Below the pieces are notes generated by a model. The model saw only the letters and a program-made list of their open reading frames with translations, did not search any database and was not told the DNA's origin. DNA of 50,138 nucleotides from Moniliella sp. 'wahieum' (taxonomy: Eukaryota), in NCBI GenBank assembly GCA_003971905.1, contig RSEE01000128.1, positions 124,001 through 174,138 of the forward strand. The letters are read 5' to 3'. The translations under genes were made by a program, and so were the position numbers. Of the stretch, positions 27,226 to 41,600 are shown piece after piece (the stretch's first letter is position 1; every line of letters begins with the position of its first letter).

Positions 27226-28667
27226 ATACTCACAGGTCGATCATTGATTGATGAAACTTGAAGCTTGATTTGATTCCTTTTGCTCTTTTTGTTCCCTTTC
27301 GGGAGAGCTCCTAACATGTAACAGTCCAGTGTCCCTAGGTACCCTAGTGACCCTATTAGTGACCAGCCAACCCAAATCCAGCTTGGCTCATAGGGCCAGA
27401 CCTTTTTTGTTGCGGCGCCAGGATTACGCCTCTTACGACACGCACCCAAACCCGCAGGTTGATGGCAGCCATCATCACACTTGGTTGGCCTGCGGAGCAC
27501 GCTCTACTGGGCATGTGCGGAGCAGGCGGGCCTTAGCTTGGGTCGGACCATCTCGTGTCCGCCGCAGCCCGTGACACCCCCGACAACAGATGATGGCCAG
27601 AATTCAATATTCATCTCGCTATTAATGCACGTGCCTCTCGACCGCAGCGTAGCTTCCTACATGACCAACTGTGACTCACGTATAGTACCCTAGTATCTGC
27701 GACCGGGGCGTATCTCCCTCAGGCCTCACGCACCCTTGGAACCCCCCGTGGCAAAATGGTTCCGGTTTACTTGCCTGATAGGCAGCAGCCACGGCCCGTC
27801 CAGCTTCCAGCCGTCTGCGCGTCTCTGACAGGTGGGGCGCCCTCGACCCAACCGGATGTCGGCGTCTGTGTAAACCTCTGGCTCTATAGCAAACTAAGCA
27901 CGTGTCTCAACGGAGAACCCCGCGGGGACCCATGCAACAGCATCATCTACCGACTCCGCCATAAATACCCTCATCCGTCATCATCGGCATTCGATTGGGA
28001 CAGTAGCACTGCTCGGGTCGGCGTGATGAGAGCCGTAGACTCAACCCATGGATCCATGCACCCAGCCCATGTCAGTTGCTACGGGCAGGCTGTTGAGATG
28101 CTGTTGGTGGCGGCCAGAACTGCGCTTGAGCGCAGACGGGAGGGACTGATGCCTGTTGTGGGACTGCAAAACGCTTTCCAGCTCCAGCCGAGTCGGCCCG
28201 GCGTTTTTTGGCTGTGCGGCCCAGTCGGCCCGGTGCTGCCAGTGCTGTCCACATCCAGCCAGACCCAACAGAACAACAAACGCAGACACTGCCGAGGTCC
28301 TGCCGGCCGGACCCCCCGCTCAGGTCACCGGCCACACGGGCCAGCGTGACTGAGGAGCGGGTATAGTAAGTCTTGTCCCTGTCCCCCGCCCGCAGCCCCG
28401 CCCCCCGGCGCAACACGGAGCTTCCGTCGGCACTGTCCACTGCACGCTCCATCTCCCCATCCCATCCACCCGCCACAGCACAGCACTGGCCGCGTTGGGC
28501 TGCGTCCACCCCCCGTTCTGTCCGCCAGCCCTTTGTCTGTTCCCCGCCCGCGCTCAACGATTATCATTATGCCTGCTTCCACCGCCCCTGCCCTTCCTCC
28601 CCACCCCCACAGCGGGCGCTGAGGCCCACCGGGAAGCGACCGATCGTCCATATACAGCAACGACTCC

Positions 28668-31427
28668 ATGCCCTATTCGCCTTCCATCTCCCCCGCCCCC
28701 GCGTCCGCCACCATGTCCGCTGCCCGCCCCTCTGCCCAGGACGGGCCCCTGCCGCCTTCCAGCTCCAGGCTGCGTCGACACCACGGCTTCCTGCCCCCTC
28801 CTTGCCCGGCACCCGATAGCCCTCTCCCTCCACGCCACCCTGCCCCATCGCTCGCCGGCTAATTGGGAAGGGCCGCTCGGGAATCCGGCGATCATTAAGC
28901 GCGAACGAGGTCGCTGGGCCAACGGGTGGCTACAGACTGCTCTGCACCCTGGGCGAAGGCACGTCGGGGCAGGTCAAGCTGGCGCTTCATCCTCAGGGAT
29001 ACGAGGTCGTTCTTCGCTTGGTCCAACGTGTCCCTCGTGAACGGACCGCTCCTGTCTTGGCCTCTCTGACAACCCTTCCTGTAAGGGACACAACGGCCCA
29101 GTCTAACCCGCGCATGCGCAAGGAGATCACGTTTCTCAAGCGCATTTCCCATCCCAACATGTTGCCTTGCTCGACCTTGTGGAGACAGAAAAATTCACCG
29201 GCATCGCCCTGGAGTATGCAGAAGGTATGCCCATTTTCCGCCATCGCTCACACTTGTAACCTCTCATCGATTTCATCTAACTGTGACTTCTGGCGATGCT
29301 CTGGTGCGTGGGAATTCTGCAGATGGCACCTTGGCAGAGTACATTCGCATGCGCAGTACCTTGGGCCCAACGAGGCTGCTGGGTTTCTCTCCCAGCTTCT
29401 TTCCGGAGTCAACTACCTCCACCAAAATGGAATCGTGCACCGTTCTCTTCGGCCGCGTAAACTCCTTCTCACCAGGAACAAAACCACCCTCCTCATCACC
29501 GACTTTGCGTCGGCTGCCTGGATTAAGGGGGAAACCTGGAAAGCCTCCGAAGACCTATGTCCGCCCCAAATCCATCCCATTTACACACCACCTGAGATGA
29601 TTACCCAGACGGGCCCGCATCTTGACCCAGCGATTGACATTTGGTCCTGCGGCGTCATCCTCTACATTTTACTCGCTGGCTACCTCCCCTTCAACTATGA
29701 CATTCTACCTCCCTGTTATGACATTGCGACGGTCTATCGCGCCTCCTCCATGGCCGCCTTCAGTTCCCCAATCATGTGCCTCCCACAGCCCACACACTCC
29801 TCTATCCTCTTCTCCAAATCGACCCAAACCGCCGCCGACTACTACTGCTGCATTGGCACATCCTTTTCTCCACATGTCCCATAAGAGCACGGCACCTCCC
29901 TCCCTCTCCGACTGGAAGGATGAGGAACGGGGGACGCAAGCAAGGCACCGTCCCAATTTCAAGAGACAGGATACCAGTGTTACCACCTTGTCCGGTGTGC
30001 TCACTCGCCGGCATCGGTCCTCGCCTGCTGCAGCTTCTAGTCGGTCTCTTTCTGGTGCTTCAACATTCGATCGTGCGATCGTCCTCCTTGCCTCTTCCCC
30101 GCCCTTCCAGTCTCAATGCCAACAGATCGAGCGGCGATGAAATCCTTGCCTCGCCGGATCCTGTTTCACCCACCCCATCATTCACTCTCCCCGCCATTGG
30201 GCAGACCCACCGTTTTGATATGGCTCCACGCAGTCGACCCCCCCTGCTTATGGGGGAATGGCCCTACGCGCCGTCAGTACTCTGGAGGGCACAGCCGCTC
30301 TTCCTCCTCAGGATCTCATCAAAACACCCCTACCAGCTACTTCACCGCCAGTACATCTCGCACCAGTCTCACGAACACCCTGGGCGAAGACGCGCAGTCC
30401 CCCGTGTCCGCCTCCTCCCATCGCTCCCTCGTTCCCCTCCCTGTGGATAAGCGAGAGAACCAGCCGTCTCACCCTGTGCCCCGCAATCAGGATGCAGTTC
30501 ATCGGCGCAACCTCCATCTGCCTTCGGTCGCTTCACTTCGGTCCTGGGGGCTCCGACAGAAGGCAGCACTCACCAGCCCTCTCGCCCGGCAGCCCCACGC
30601 CGCCGTCGGACATGGACTCTCTCTGAGCCACCCAGCGAGCATGCCAACCCCTCTTCTCTGCCGTACTGAGACCGTCTGGCCATCCCCTGTCCCAAAGCCA
30701 CATGCACCTCGACCGTGTCAAGTCTCTTTTTTCTCGGTCGGAAGTGGAGGTAGGAAGAAAGCGTTCGATTCTCCTCCACCCCAAGTCTGGTATCTTCCTT
30801 CCAACCATCGCAGCCTCCCACCCTTATCCGGCGCTACTCCCGTCGTTGGGGTCTCTCAATGAAAAAGAAAACCACTTCGTCTCTTCGCCTGCACCAGCCT
30901 CGTCGTCTAGCTCACCCCATTGCCTCACACCCACGTCGGCCACTCCCCCCGCCCCAAGCGGAAGACTCTTAATGCTCCCTCTCGCATCGTCTATCAGATC
31001 AGCCATCTGGAGCAAACGCTCGGCCACCAGTGCCCCCGTTTCATCCGTCGGAAATACTGTCCCTGAGCTTCCGCATCCGCGGCCGCACAAGGGGCCCATT
31101 GAGGAACACACGCTCTGCGCCCTACCGTGGCCACTGCCCACCGCGAATCACAACGCTGCTGGACGGGATGGGTGCGCTGGTTCAGGCGCCAAACGGGGCA
31201 CATGTGTGGCCTGCTTCCTGGGCACCTTGTCTCGACGCTTTGCCGAGCGACACGGTCGCCTTTTACGTCCGCCTCACGCACGTCGCTCCCATTCCCGGGC
31301 TCTGGAGCGTCGAGTTGGTCCACATCTTAGGCCAGAAAAATCTTTGCCCTCGCTCAGTCCACCTTTTACCAGGAATGGAAAGCCTTGTCGCGTTAATGTC
31401 GTTCCATGTTCGTCCCGGTTGTACTAG
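28668..31427 (+). CDS. Kin4/CAMK-like kinase-fold protein, predicted pseudokinase; intron 29225-29322; long Ser/Pro-rich tail
   Basis: LGEGTSGQVKLA, KEITFLKRISHPN, ALEYAE, SQLLSGVNYLHQNGIVHR, DIWSCGVILYILLAGYLPF. Catalytic motifs are altered (see findings). The 3' end is uncertain. Confidence 0.85.
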
Positions 31428-31850
31428 TTCTCATCACACACATTAATCGTGACCTGTCCCTACTAGCTTCATTAACTTCATTACTGTATACTTGCTCTCT
31501 CCTCGGGTCTATTACGCACACTGTTATTCTTTACATTCATCCCATATGTCAACTGGAAAGAGGTTGCACCATTAATACGATTTCGGTAGAAATGTTGATA
31601 CGATCTCTCTCTCCCATCTTGCCTAACATGCTCTCCCACCCTTGTGGACGACAGAGGAAAGGAAATCGTTATGCTAGTTACATTTCGTTGTCATCCCTTG
31701 GACCGAATCGCACGCTCAGAGGGATTGTGGGACCAGAGCACATCTCATTGTGCGCGTTGCACGGAATCCACTTTGAGTCACGCTCTGTCTTAGATCTTAC
31801 CACAGAAGAGACCACACGGTGTCGCCGCCTCAGTGCCCCTTGCTTGCGGG

Positions 31851-31908
31851 CTTTTGCCGCAGACACACTTTTGCCGCAGACACGCTTTTTCCGCAGACAC
31901 GCTTTTGC
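31851..31908. repeat. 17-bp tandem repeat CTTTTGCCGCAGACACR, 3 copies plus a partial copy
   Basis: Directly visible in the sequence. Confidence 0.9.
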
Positions 31909-34416
31909 GGAGCGGTACCGCGTGACATTTGGTCAGATCTATAGGTCGATGCAAGGGATGGAGCCATCAACATGCATCACTGTAGGGCGTTCCTAGTACG
32001 CGTTATACGAAGCGCAAACCGTCGGGGGTTAGGCCTTAGGGCGCAATAGGTCAGTAACCTAATCCGCATGATTGACCTGATCTGACCATTCCATACCCAT
32101 GTCATAGTCCCTACACTGCAACAACGGCGGTGTTCCTTTCGCTTCCCGCAGGGATCGCTCTCTATTATGCTCAACAGCTCTCCGTGCATACGCTCAGGAT
32201 ATAGTCATTCATCACATCAGATAGTACCGCGCAGGAATTATACGATGAGGCTATAGGCATCCACCTGTTGGATGCCACTCTCTCCTGAGCATACCTTGTC
32301 GTCCGGCCCCTGCGAGAAGGCAAGCCTATACACCAGAGTATTCACGTGCTGATTCAATTCTGTTTGCACACCTAGAGGAGGCTTAGTATGTAGAACCCTT
32401 GAAGGATGAATAAGGCTGAATATTGAACGTTGAGGCACCGTTCCTGGCCCTGGGACTCCGATTCAATATTCAGGGGCCTTTTGTTGCTCTGTTGCTCGGA
32501 CCGTTCTCGCTCGCGGACGTGTGCGTTTGCCCTTAGGCCTTACCCCCTGCTTGGTTCGTTGTGCTGCCACCTGTGTCAGCCTGCGGCCAATCAGTTAATC
32601 AGGTTAATCAGGTGGGAAGATGAACGATGAAAACCACACGGGGATGCGTTTTAAATTGACGCCAAAACCGCTTCGAACAGCTTCTCACCCTCTCGCCTTT
32701 TGGGGTAGGTGCCAGTTATACCGACACAAACAAACAACGACGCAGCTGGCATGGCATGCATTTTCTCTTCTTCTACGCAGTGCCCGCACTAGTAGGGTCG
32801 CCTGTACTCTGTGGTTGTTCGCGTACACTCAGTATACTCATCACTGCATCACTCATCGGCGGTTGACATCGACCTGACATGTGACGCAGCTGACGAGGCT
32901 GTCGATCATCGAGATCATCGATCACGCCGCCGGCTGCCCGCCGTGCAGGATGATCGACCGATGATCGATAACCTGAAAGGCCTGTGGCCTGAAAACGTTG
33001 AACGAGCGTTGGATGTTGGCGTTCCACGCCAGGGTCCCATGATAGCTTCCCCAATAGAGACACCCTCTGCGATGTTGGCATTATAACAAGCCCCTGTCAC
33101 ATGTTAACGCACATGCGTCTTGCTTTGTGCTCCTATGAGTACTGAGTACTGAGTCCCCCCCCCCCTTGATTGATGAGCCCCGTCGTTGCCTTTTCTCCGG
33201 ACGGTATCCACCGCTTGACTCGATACCCCGTTCTCCGCAACGCTTGTGACATGTGAACCTTGTGAACAACTCTCAGCGCGATCTCAGCCCTTGCTTTTTC
33301 CGTCAGGACTGTAACTCACAGTTGCGACCATCTGATTGGAGCCGCTGGTTGTGGTTGTGGCGCAACAGTTTCAATAAGTTTTGCAAACGCACACATGCCA
33401 GCAGTACCAGTACATGTGGTGAACCTTTGTGGTGCGACGGGCGAAGAACCGAACCCACAGAGGATAGGGGTCGCCACCCCACGGAAGCGGGTTGAACACG
33501 TTGAACGTTGAACTTTGAACGTTGATGCATTGGTGATCGACGAGATCCCCCGATGAGCCGTCTGAATATTGAGATGTCAACGAAATGTGATGCGAGAAAA
33601 GGAATGCCAAATACCGAGTGATAGGCCATTCCGAGAGAAAGACTGTGGCAGCGTAACAGGAGGTGCGAGACGGAAGGTTGAGGACCCTCAGCGCCTCAGC
33701 CTTGGGCCTCTCGGTCTCAAGTTCAACGTCGAGAGATATCAGAAGAAGAGAGCAGGGAGAAAGGTGAACGTTGAACTCTAACTTGTAGTCCATAAACCAC
33801 GATATAGGCTCCCGCTGCAGCGAATGGGCTGGCCAAACCCCACAGGGCCACTGCCCGACAGTGCTGCCACACCCGCAGTCGGGCGATGTCATGCCATACA
33901 GCGAGGGCAGCAGGGGGGCAGTCAGTCACCCATTCACAACATTATTAAACAGACACTTGCATGCATGGGGTGAGTACACTCGACAGGGTAACTCTGGGTG
34001 AAAGGGCTGGCATCAAAGTTGGATGGCGCAGGTATGCGTTTGGGCATGGACGAAGCTCCGCACCTTTTTGTTTGTCTCTTCGTCTTCCCATGGCACACAT
34101 TGTCATGCCATCGCATCATGTTGATCAAGCACACCCCTACTTGCCACATATGGCGCTTATAGCCGTCGGGCCATTTTGTGGTTTTGCATACCAGGAGCTT
34201 TTCCCGAGGTTTTTTTTTTTCGCGATCCATCGTCGCCCTTTTAGCTCGAGGTTTTTCTTCCCCCCTCACCTTCCCGGCACCCAGTCTCTCGCCATCAGAT
34301 CAGATAAGAACCACCACACTCCACCACACAACCTTAGGGTGTATAGATCTATAGTCCGTCATCAATATAATATAGTTTTTGTTTCTCTCCAACACCATCC
34401 TCACCACCTACACAAC

Positions 34417-36425
34417 ATGCCCCTCCCAAATGGCTGAAGCGCATGGGGCGCCAGCTGCACTTCCAGCGCGACCTCACCATCACCGCCGCACCTACCGTCC
34501 ACCCCCCCCCCTTCTCCCCCACATCCGCTACTGAAGGCGCACCCTCTGACGTGGACCAAGATGAGGTGGAAGAGCCACTCTCATGGATCGACCGCATGCT
34601 CAACTGGCTCGTACATCAATCGGGCTCCCTCCTGATCTTCGGCTTGATTCAAGCCATCCTATTGGCCTGGGTCTTTATTGGGATCCCCTACCACACCGAA
34701 ACGTGGCAGATCGTAATGGGCAACGACAAGCAATCTTCTCATACGTGTGGGACTCGTTGCTTATGCGCCATCAGCTTATGATCTTCGGCAAAACGCGGAG
34801 GTCGACTTCGTTACTTCGATCTAGGGCTGCGAACAACCTCGCCATGCTCCGTGAGTGTTTGTCACACTACCGTGTGCGTACGCACCCCCCTGCCTCTCCG
34901 AATCCGGGTGGGGATGAGGACGACATCCAACCGGCCCAATCTGAAGTGCCCGCGCTGCCCTACTATCCCAACACCTCTGCACCCGCACGTGGCCCCACCC
35001 AGCACGACCACGACCACCACCCCAACACCACGCCCACACCCACACTCAATCTGCCTCTCTTGACCCTCAGCTCCCCACGGAATCCCGTATAGGCAAAACG
35101 CTCACCTACTTTACCTTCCTCATCGGCCACATATTCTCCGTCATCTTGTTCTGGGTCTGTTTCTTCTTCATCTGGATCGGGTTCGGTCAGTCGATGCATT
35201 GGAGCGACCTGTGGCAGCTAGACTGGAACTCTGCCTTATCGGCGTGGATGATCTTTACGTTTTCCTTCTTGGCCATTGCGCGCGAAGAAAATGGTCGGTA
35301 CGCTGGCGTGTGTACGGAGGCGATTTTGCGCCTCGACCGACGGTTGGAGTACCGACTGAGGGTGCTCACGCAGAATTTCCCCGCTATTCCCGCTGCCGAC
35401 GGTAGTGCCCCCCTCACAGCAAGCAACCTACCAACAAGGACCTTTCGCCTGATGGTACCTCACCGCAATGCCCCTCTTCGGCTGGAGCGAGCAACCTACC
35501 GATTTGCACCTCCCTCCCACGTGGGAACCTGGTCCAGAAGTGCATTCAAGTGTACGCCTCAGTAGTAGGCACGCTATTCGGCATCGCACTTCTCATCGTG
35601 GTACTCATCGTCTGGATTGCCATTGGTGCTCCCATGAACTTCTCGACGGACTGGTGGTTGATTATCGGGACCTACGCCGGCTTGATCGGATTACACGACG
35701 GTTTCGTGCTACGGAACATGCAAATGCGGTTGGATGAGTGGGAGGATCCGTGGTTCGATGATTTGGCACGGCAGGATGACGTGATGATGGAGGCTGTGCG
35801 GGAGTCGGGCTTGCGCCTACGAACGCGATGGAGGAGGGGGAACGGCGCCAAAACCCCAACAGGACCAGGAAAGCAGGAGCATGAAGGGAAATACACTGTC
35901 CAGAATGAGAAGGAACCGAAGGAGGAAGACATTGCCACCCCTCTCTCAACGAACGTGGTCGTACTTCCCGGACTTAGCCATCTAACCTCCACTTCCATCT
36001 CCGCCTCCTCACACACGAAAGAAAAACTCTCCTCGCGGCTCTGGCGCTGGACCCGCACGGTATCAGACACGATGCTCTTCCTTTTCGCACATGAGTGGGC
36101 CGTCATTTTGGACCTGTTATTGATCCTTGGGTTGGTCTGTGGTGCTTCGGGGATGCACTGGAACATGACGGGCCAGCTGCTGTGCAACATTCCACCCATG
36201 ACGATCGAAGCCTTCATGATGCAGATCCTGATTACTGGGCATAGTGGGCTGGATCAGAAGGTGCGCACGAGGCTTACAAGGGCATATGCCAATCGGGTAC
36301 GGTTGCACCGGATTCTTGACCAAGTGTGTGCCGAACGGGTGGTGGAACAGGACAAGGAGATGGACAATACGTGCTCCAAAGGTCCTGATGGCCGTGACGG
36401 CGAGGGGGAAGGAGAGGCCCACTAA
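34417..36425 (+). CDS. FET4: Low-affinity iron/zinc permease
   Basis: QAIFSYVWDSLLMRHQL, WSDLWQL, FSTDWWLIIGTYAGLIGLHDGFVLRN and HWNMTGQLLCNIPPMTIEAFMMQILITGH are Fet4-family motifs. Confidence 0.9.
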
Positions 36426-38687
36426 CTTGCACCAAAATGTAAACGACAACTCTTCATGACCATCCATCATTGACGACAACCTTAGCGATCATGCAGACCA
36501 TCTTGATCATGAGCCCAACAAGTCAGTACCGGACCATCAGACCGTCGCTGACTTGAGACTGCTAGGCACCCAATGATTACCTACCTTTTTTTTCCTGATG
36601 ACATCGATGACCTTTTCGTTTTGCTGTGCATGCCGCTTTAACGTTTTTTACGTGCAAAACGCGTAGTAACGCCTTTTGAATGATGATGATGACCGACGAC
36701 CTGTTTTTTTTGCTTTTACGAGCGTACGACTCCCCTGCCCCTTTCGCCTCAGTGTGGCCTCACTTCTTTCTTGCTTTTGAGTAAGATTGGGGTCTGTTGG
36801 CACTACGTTTGGATTGAATATTGATTGACGCGTGACGCATGACGGACGCTGGTGTTTTTGCGGAGGACTTAGTACTTCTAGCTCACATATGGCAACCAGG
36901 GACTTATAGGCACAGCGCAAGAGACCCGCAAGGAATGCGGTAGAGGAATGCTCGCCGACGGTGTGTGGTCTATTCAATGGGACCGAGATCACATGCATCA
37001 CACGAATATAAAGCCGTCCTTCTGGGACAGACGGTCGCAGCGTGCGACGCCAGGATTTATAGGAATGTGATTGAGAATGCGCCTTCCCCCACCCTCGCCG
37101 GTGCCAACACAGAACTCTTTTGCTCCATTTTCCTCCTGCCTTGTTTCCGGCCTAAGGCCTCAGCCTGAGGGTCCGAGGGCCTGAAGCGCTGGCCTCAAGC
37201 TTCCAGCAATTCGATGGGGCTAAGATTCTAAGATAGATCTAAGATCGTTTTTGCTCCTTTTTGTCCCCCTCCATAGCTATATCAAGGCGTTGCAACTACA
37301 CCATCTTTCAACCAGACTTTCAAATGGTCTTCCACGATCACTAGGATCACTATCATCACAAGTGACTGTCGCAAAATCACTTTTTGATGATATCGATGAT
37401 CGATCCCCCAATGGCGGTATGTGATACAATGTCACAAACCAGTCACGGCACCTCGGCCCCGCAGCAGGGACCAGCCGTCGCAAGTAGCAACGCTTCCTAT
37501 ACTCGTCCGGACAAGGTGTACCAGGGTATCCCTCAGCGCCACCTTAAGTTTAAACAGGATTACGCATGAGATGCCTGTCAATGACATCGATAATCGATAA
37601 CAGATCCACAAAAAATGCGCCGGCTCCACTTGGGGAGACCGCATATGCTCGGGCGGTATCGTATACCACCCGTGCGCGGTCCCTCTCATGGGCACCACTT
37701 GCAAAACCTCAACCCCAGCGGCCCTGCGGTGCCCACAAGAAATGCGCTCGAGCGATCAAGGGAATTGATTACAACGAACGAAGTGTCCTCTGCCTGCACA
37801 GGTTCGAATCCTGCACCTTGTCGGTGGCTGACGCGTCATCAACCGCATGAACCAGAGTTAGAGGATTGGTGCAGCCATTGGGGGCGGCAGAGGCATGCTC
37901 CGGTACAGGATCGAGATTGGGGGGGTACGAAGCTTTTGCCTTTCATCTCCTTCTCGAGGGAAGTCCGGCTGGACGAGAGGACCCGGCGTAAGGTAATGCT
38001 GAGGTCGTTGTCGTCTTCCGAAGCACACATTCCTCATGTCGCAGTAGAATACAGACCTCGGCCATCTTCCTCGAGCCTCCCGCAGACCAACCTATACTGC
38101 CGGTCGATAGCAATGTCTTAAGCACGGTAACGCTGTCCAGGGGTGACACCTTTGCTATACATGTTGGCCGGGAGCCGTGTGGAGGGGACGAGGATGGGGC
38201 TGCGGTGGTGGTGGCGAGAACGAGGAAGCATGACTTGTAGCTCCCAGCTGCCCTGGCCGGCCAAGAGGGAAGCACGTCCGAGAGGCAAGGTGTGGGGGGA
38301 TGCAGGGATCGGCACACTGCCGGCGGAGGGGCGTGCGGGGGAAAGGGCAGATTATTTCTGATCGATGAGATGTTGGCTGCGGGGCGATCGTAGGTGGGCG
38401 TGGGACATCGCTGGACGGGCGCGTCGCGATGGGCTGCGGGCGCTCATACAGGGCGGCGGGCGGTCGAGTGCGCGTCACGAGTGGGCGTGAGGGCTGTGTC
38501 AGAGGCGGTCGCCGCCGTCGCGAAACACAAAGGCAAGAGGAGCGGTCGGGCGTTTGCACTCAAGCTCGCCCCCGCACCCAGACCCGGCAATGCGGCGGAA
38601 CGGGACACGCGGAATGGCCAATGCACCGATCGACGCGGTGGTTGGTGTGTGTGCGAGAATACTGACGTAAGGAAGTGGTGCTTGGCA

Positions 38688-41600
38688 ATGTTTCAACAAC
38701 CGCCACGGAGATTCGCCCGTCGATGTTCAATCGACGTCCTCGGGCCGCCCGAGCCCACGCCCAGGAGAGCTGCACCTCCTCCGCGCTCCCAGCATGGTTC
38801 CTTTGCCATCGCGGCGTTCCCCTCGTCCTCGCCGCGTTCGCGCCCCCTCGCTGGCCTCGTCCCGTCCTGCGCCGCCCCGCCACCGTAGCGCCTCTCCGCG
38901 TGTGCCGATCGAGCCGGCCCCGGATGACGCGCGCGGCGACCCTGCCGACAAAGACCAAGACGACGAAGCCTATGAGAATGATGACGAGGATGGAGACCTC
39001 GGACGAGACGCGCAGCTGGAGGACCTGGACGACCCAGCGCGAGAGGAGGAGCTGTTTACCACGCTCACCCTCAGCGGCACCCCGTTCGTCGTGTCCATCG
39101 CGGATCTCCAAGCCCTCGAAGACAGCGTCGGGAGGAGGCTGTGCCCCATCCCGACGCTGTCATTTTGATGCCCGGGCCCGGATCGGACAAGGCGCCTGTT
39201 CTGTCCACCCTGGGGGCCCCCGTGCCGGCCGATGAGCCCGAGTATGCGCTGGGCGGGGACGTTTCAGACCACGCCCGCACGGGAGGCCACCTGGGACGCA
39301 CAGTACATGCGCTCACATCCCACTCTCGCCTCTCGCCTTCGACCGTACGCGAATGTCAGTCTGCGATTCGCCAGTTTGTCGACTCTCTCTCCCTGCCAGC
39401 CATGCGGACGTGAAGTACCTGTCTCGAGAGCAAAACCGGGGCGACGGCGTTTGCAGTCACCCTCTGGTTTTTCCACGCGTACAAGTTCAAAATGGTGCCA
39501 TTTGACACGTCGTCCTGGCACTCCGCCTTGCTCTGGTGGTTCGAACGGACCTATCCCGACGCTGACTCCGACCACTTCTTTGACTGGCACACCTGCCTCG
39601 GCAACCCGGCGCGCACCAACGAGGTGGCCGCCATCCTCCGCACCTCTCACATTCGCCATCGCCGGGATCCTCGTGTGTCTCATTCGTCCACTGCCATCCG
39701 GTATTGGGACTTGGCAGAAATCGTGGATGTCCTCGAGTTCCAATTGAAACGGGTACGCCCCGATCCTAGCGTTGTCGCCAAGGCTGGAGGCGCACTCCTG
39801 TTCAACCCGTCCGAGACCCGGCCACTTACGCTCTTGACGATCCGCATTCTTGCGTACCGGTTGTGGCTTCGCCCCTCCGATGTGCTGGGCCTCACATGGA
39901 GGGACATTGCTAGTGAGTCCGGGCCGAGGTATGGAGATGCGGTAGTGGTTAGGTACGTTGATAACCTTTTTCCTCCTCCCTATTGTTTCCATTCTAATTT
40001 GTCTCCTCTTTGTTGTATGGGAAGGGTCGCGCGCGTGTTGCGCAATACCACTTCGCACACCCCGGACTACAGACAGGAGTTTCGTCTCTTTGATCTAGCC
40101 GAGCGACCGAAGGCGAGCGCGGTGCAGATCATGAAGCGCTGGAGGGGCACTGCCACCAATTTGGGTACGCATTGGAGCCGGACGACTATGTTTTTCCCCA
40201 GCTGACCAGGAACGCATCCTTCGACAAGGGTTACACCACTGACCAGACGCTCTGTCCGCGCGCGACGGCGCGTTTGACCTCCAAGACGCTCAATTCCTGG
40301 CTCAGGCAAACCCTGCGTTCCATTCCCCACTTCAAAACCATCACCGGCTATTATGCCGCCTACGGATTTCGACGCGGGGGGGAGGGCAAGATGCGTTCAC
40401 CTATTTGCATGAATTCGGCGAACGGCCCAAGATGCTGCAGGAGCTGTACTGGTGGAGCGGGGTGATTTGACTTTGATTCGGTATGTGGTGGACCGGGACC
40501 ACCTGAGAGTCCGGAAAGCATGCACATGTACATGGAAGTGGAAGCCCCCACAGCCGGTCGATCAGCGCTCCCGGGCGCCGGGACAGACGTTTCTCTCTCC
40601 CGCTGTTGAGCACCTGATGCGGGGCCTAGCAGAACGCATGGCAGCCCGGGTGGACGCCATCCCGGAGAAGATTATCAGTGCCCTAGAGACGCAGGTCGTG
40701 AATCACGTCAAGAAGGCTGCGAAACAGCGTTTGAATGTCTTGTCGATGGCGATGTGGCATCAGGCTCAGGACCAGGGTCGCGTGACTGGTCCGACGGGGG
40801 CCCGTCGCCGTGGGCGCTCCCTTTCGCCCCCCCAACTATGCCTCCTCCTCCCCTTGCTCAACAGCTGCCTCATCCTCCTCCACTGGCGCGTCATCTCCCT
40901 CGATTCCCACCTGCTTTTTGTCCCACTGGTGGTGATGCTTTTGCTCGTCCCCCGACAGCCACTGCTGCTGTTGCTCCTCCTCCTAATCCTCCCACGGCCC
41001 CACCCTGTGAATCGCCCCCTGCCGTTGCTCCTCCAACCACGGTTCCTCCGGTTCCTCCCACTGCTGAGCCTCCTGCTCCGGCTCCTCCTGCTCCTCCTGC
41101 TCCTCCTGCCTCTCCTGCTCCTACTGATCCTCTTGCTCCTCCTGCTCCTACTAATCCTCCTGCTCCTCCTGCTCCTCCTGCTCCTCCTGCGGCCTCTGCG
41201 ATTCCTGCGACCCCTGCGGCCCCTGCGGTTCCTACGATTCCTGCCCCCTGCCGCTCCTTTTGTACCAGCACTCACCACCCGTATCCTACTTCCACCGAGC
41301 GCCCCCCTTTTTTGTCACCCTGCGGCCAGCCCCATCCCCCTTGTCCCACCTACCAATAGCACATCACCCCTCGGGCCCGCGCATCATTCAGCCCTACCTC
41401 TGCTCCTGCGGGGGTCAGACTTGATAAGCCCTCCACATTTGTGGATAAGCCTTTTGAGCTGCAACGCAGGATGACGCTTGGCAGGAAAACGTTCAGGAAA
41501 GCGAAGCGCGGCAAGAGAGGGGGGATGAAGAGGTCATGAGGAAAACCTCCCCTTTCCCCGTGGGCTACAAGCACCCCCTTACAATGAGCGAGGTGCTCAA

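Noticed and set aside
31851..31908. CRISPR-like array
   Set aside because: Units are contiguous with no spacers, and the context is eukaryotic.
40452..41474. Poly-Leu 'membrane protein' ORF
   Set aside because: Alternative frame of the CCT/GCT Pro-Ala repeat in the recombinase gene.
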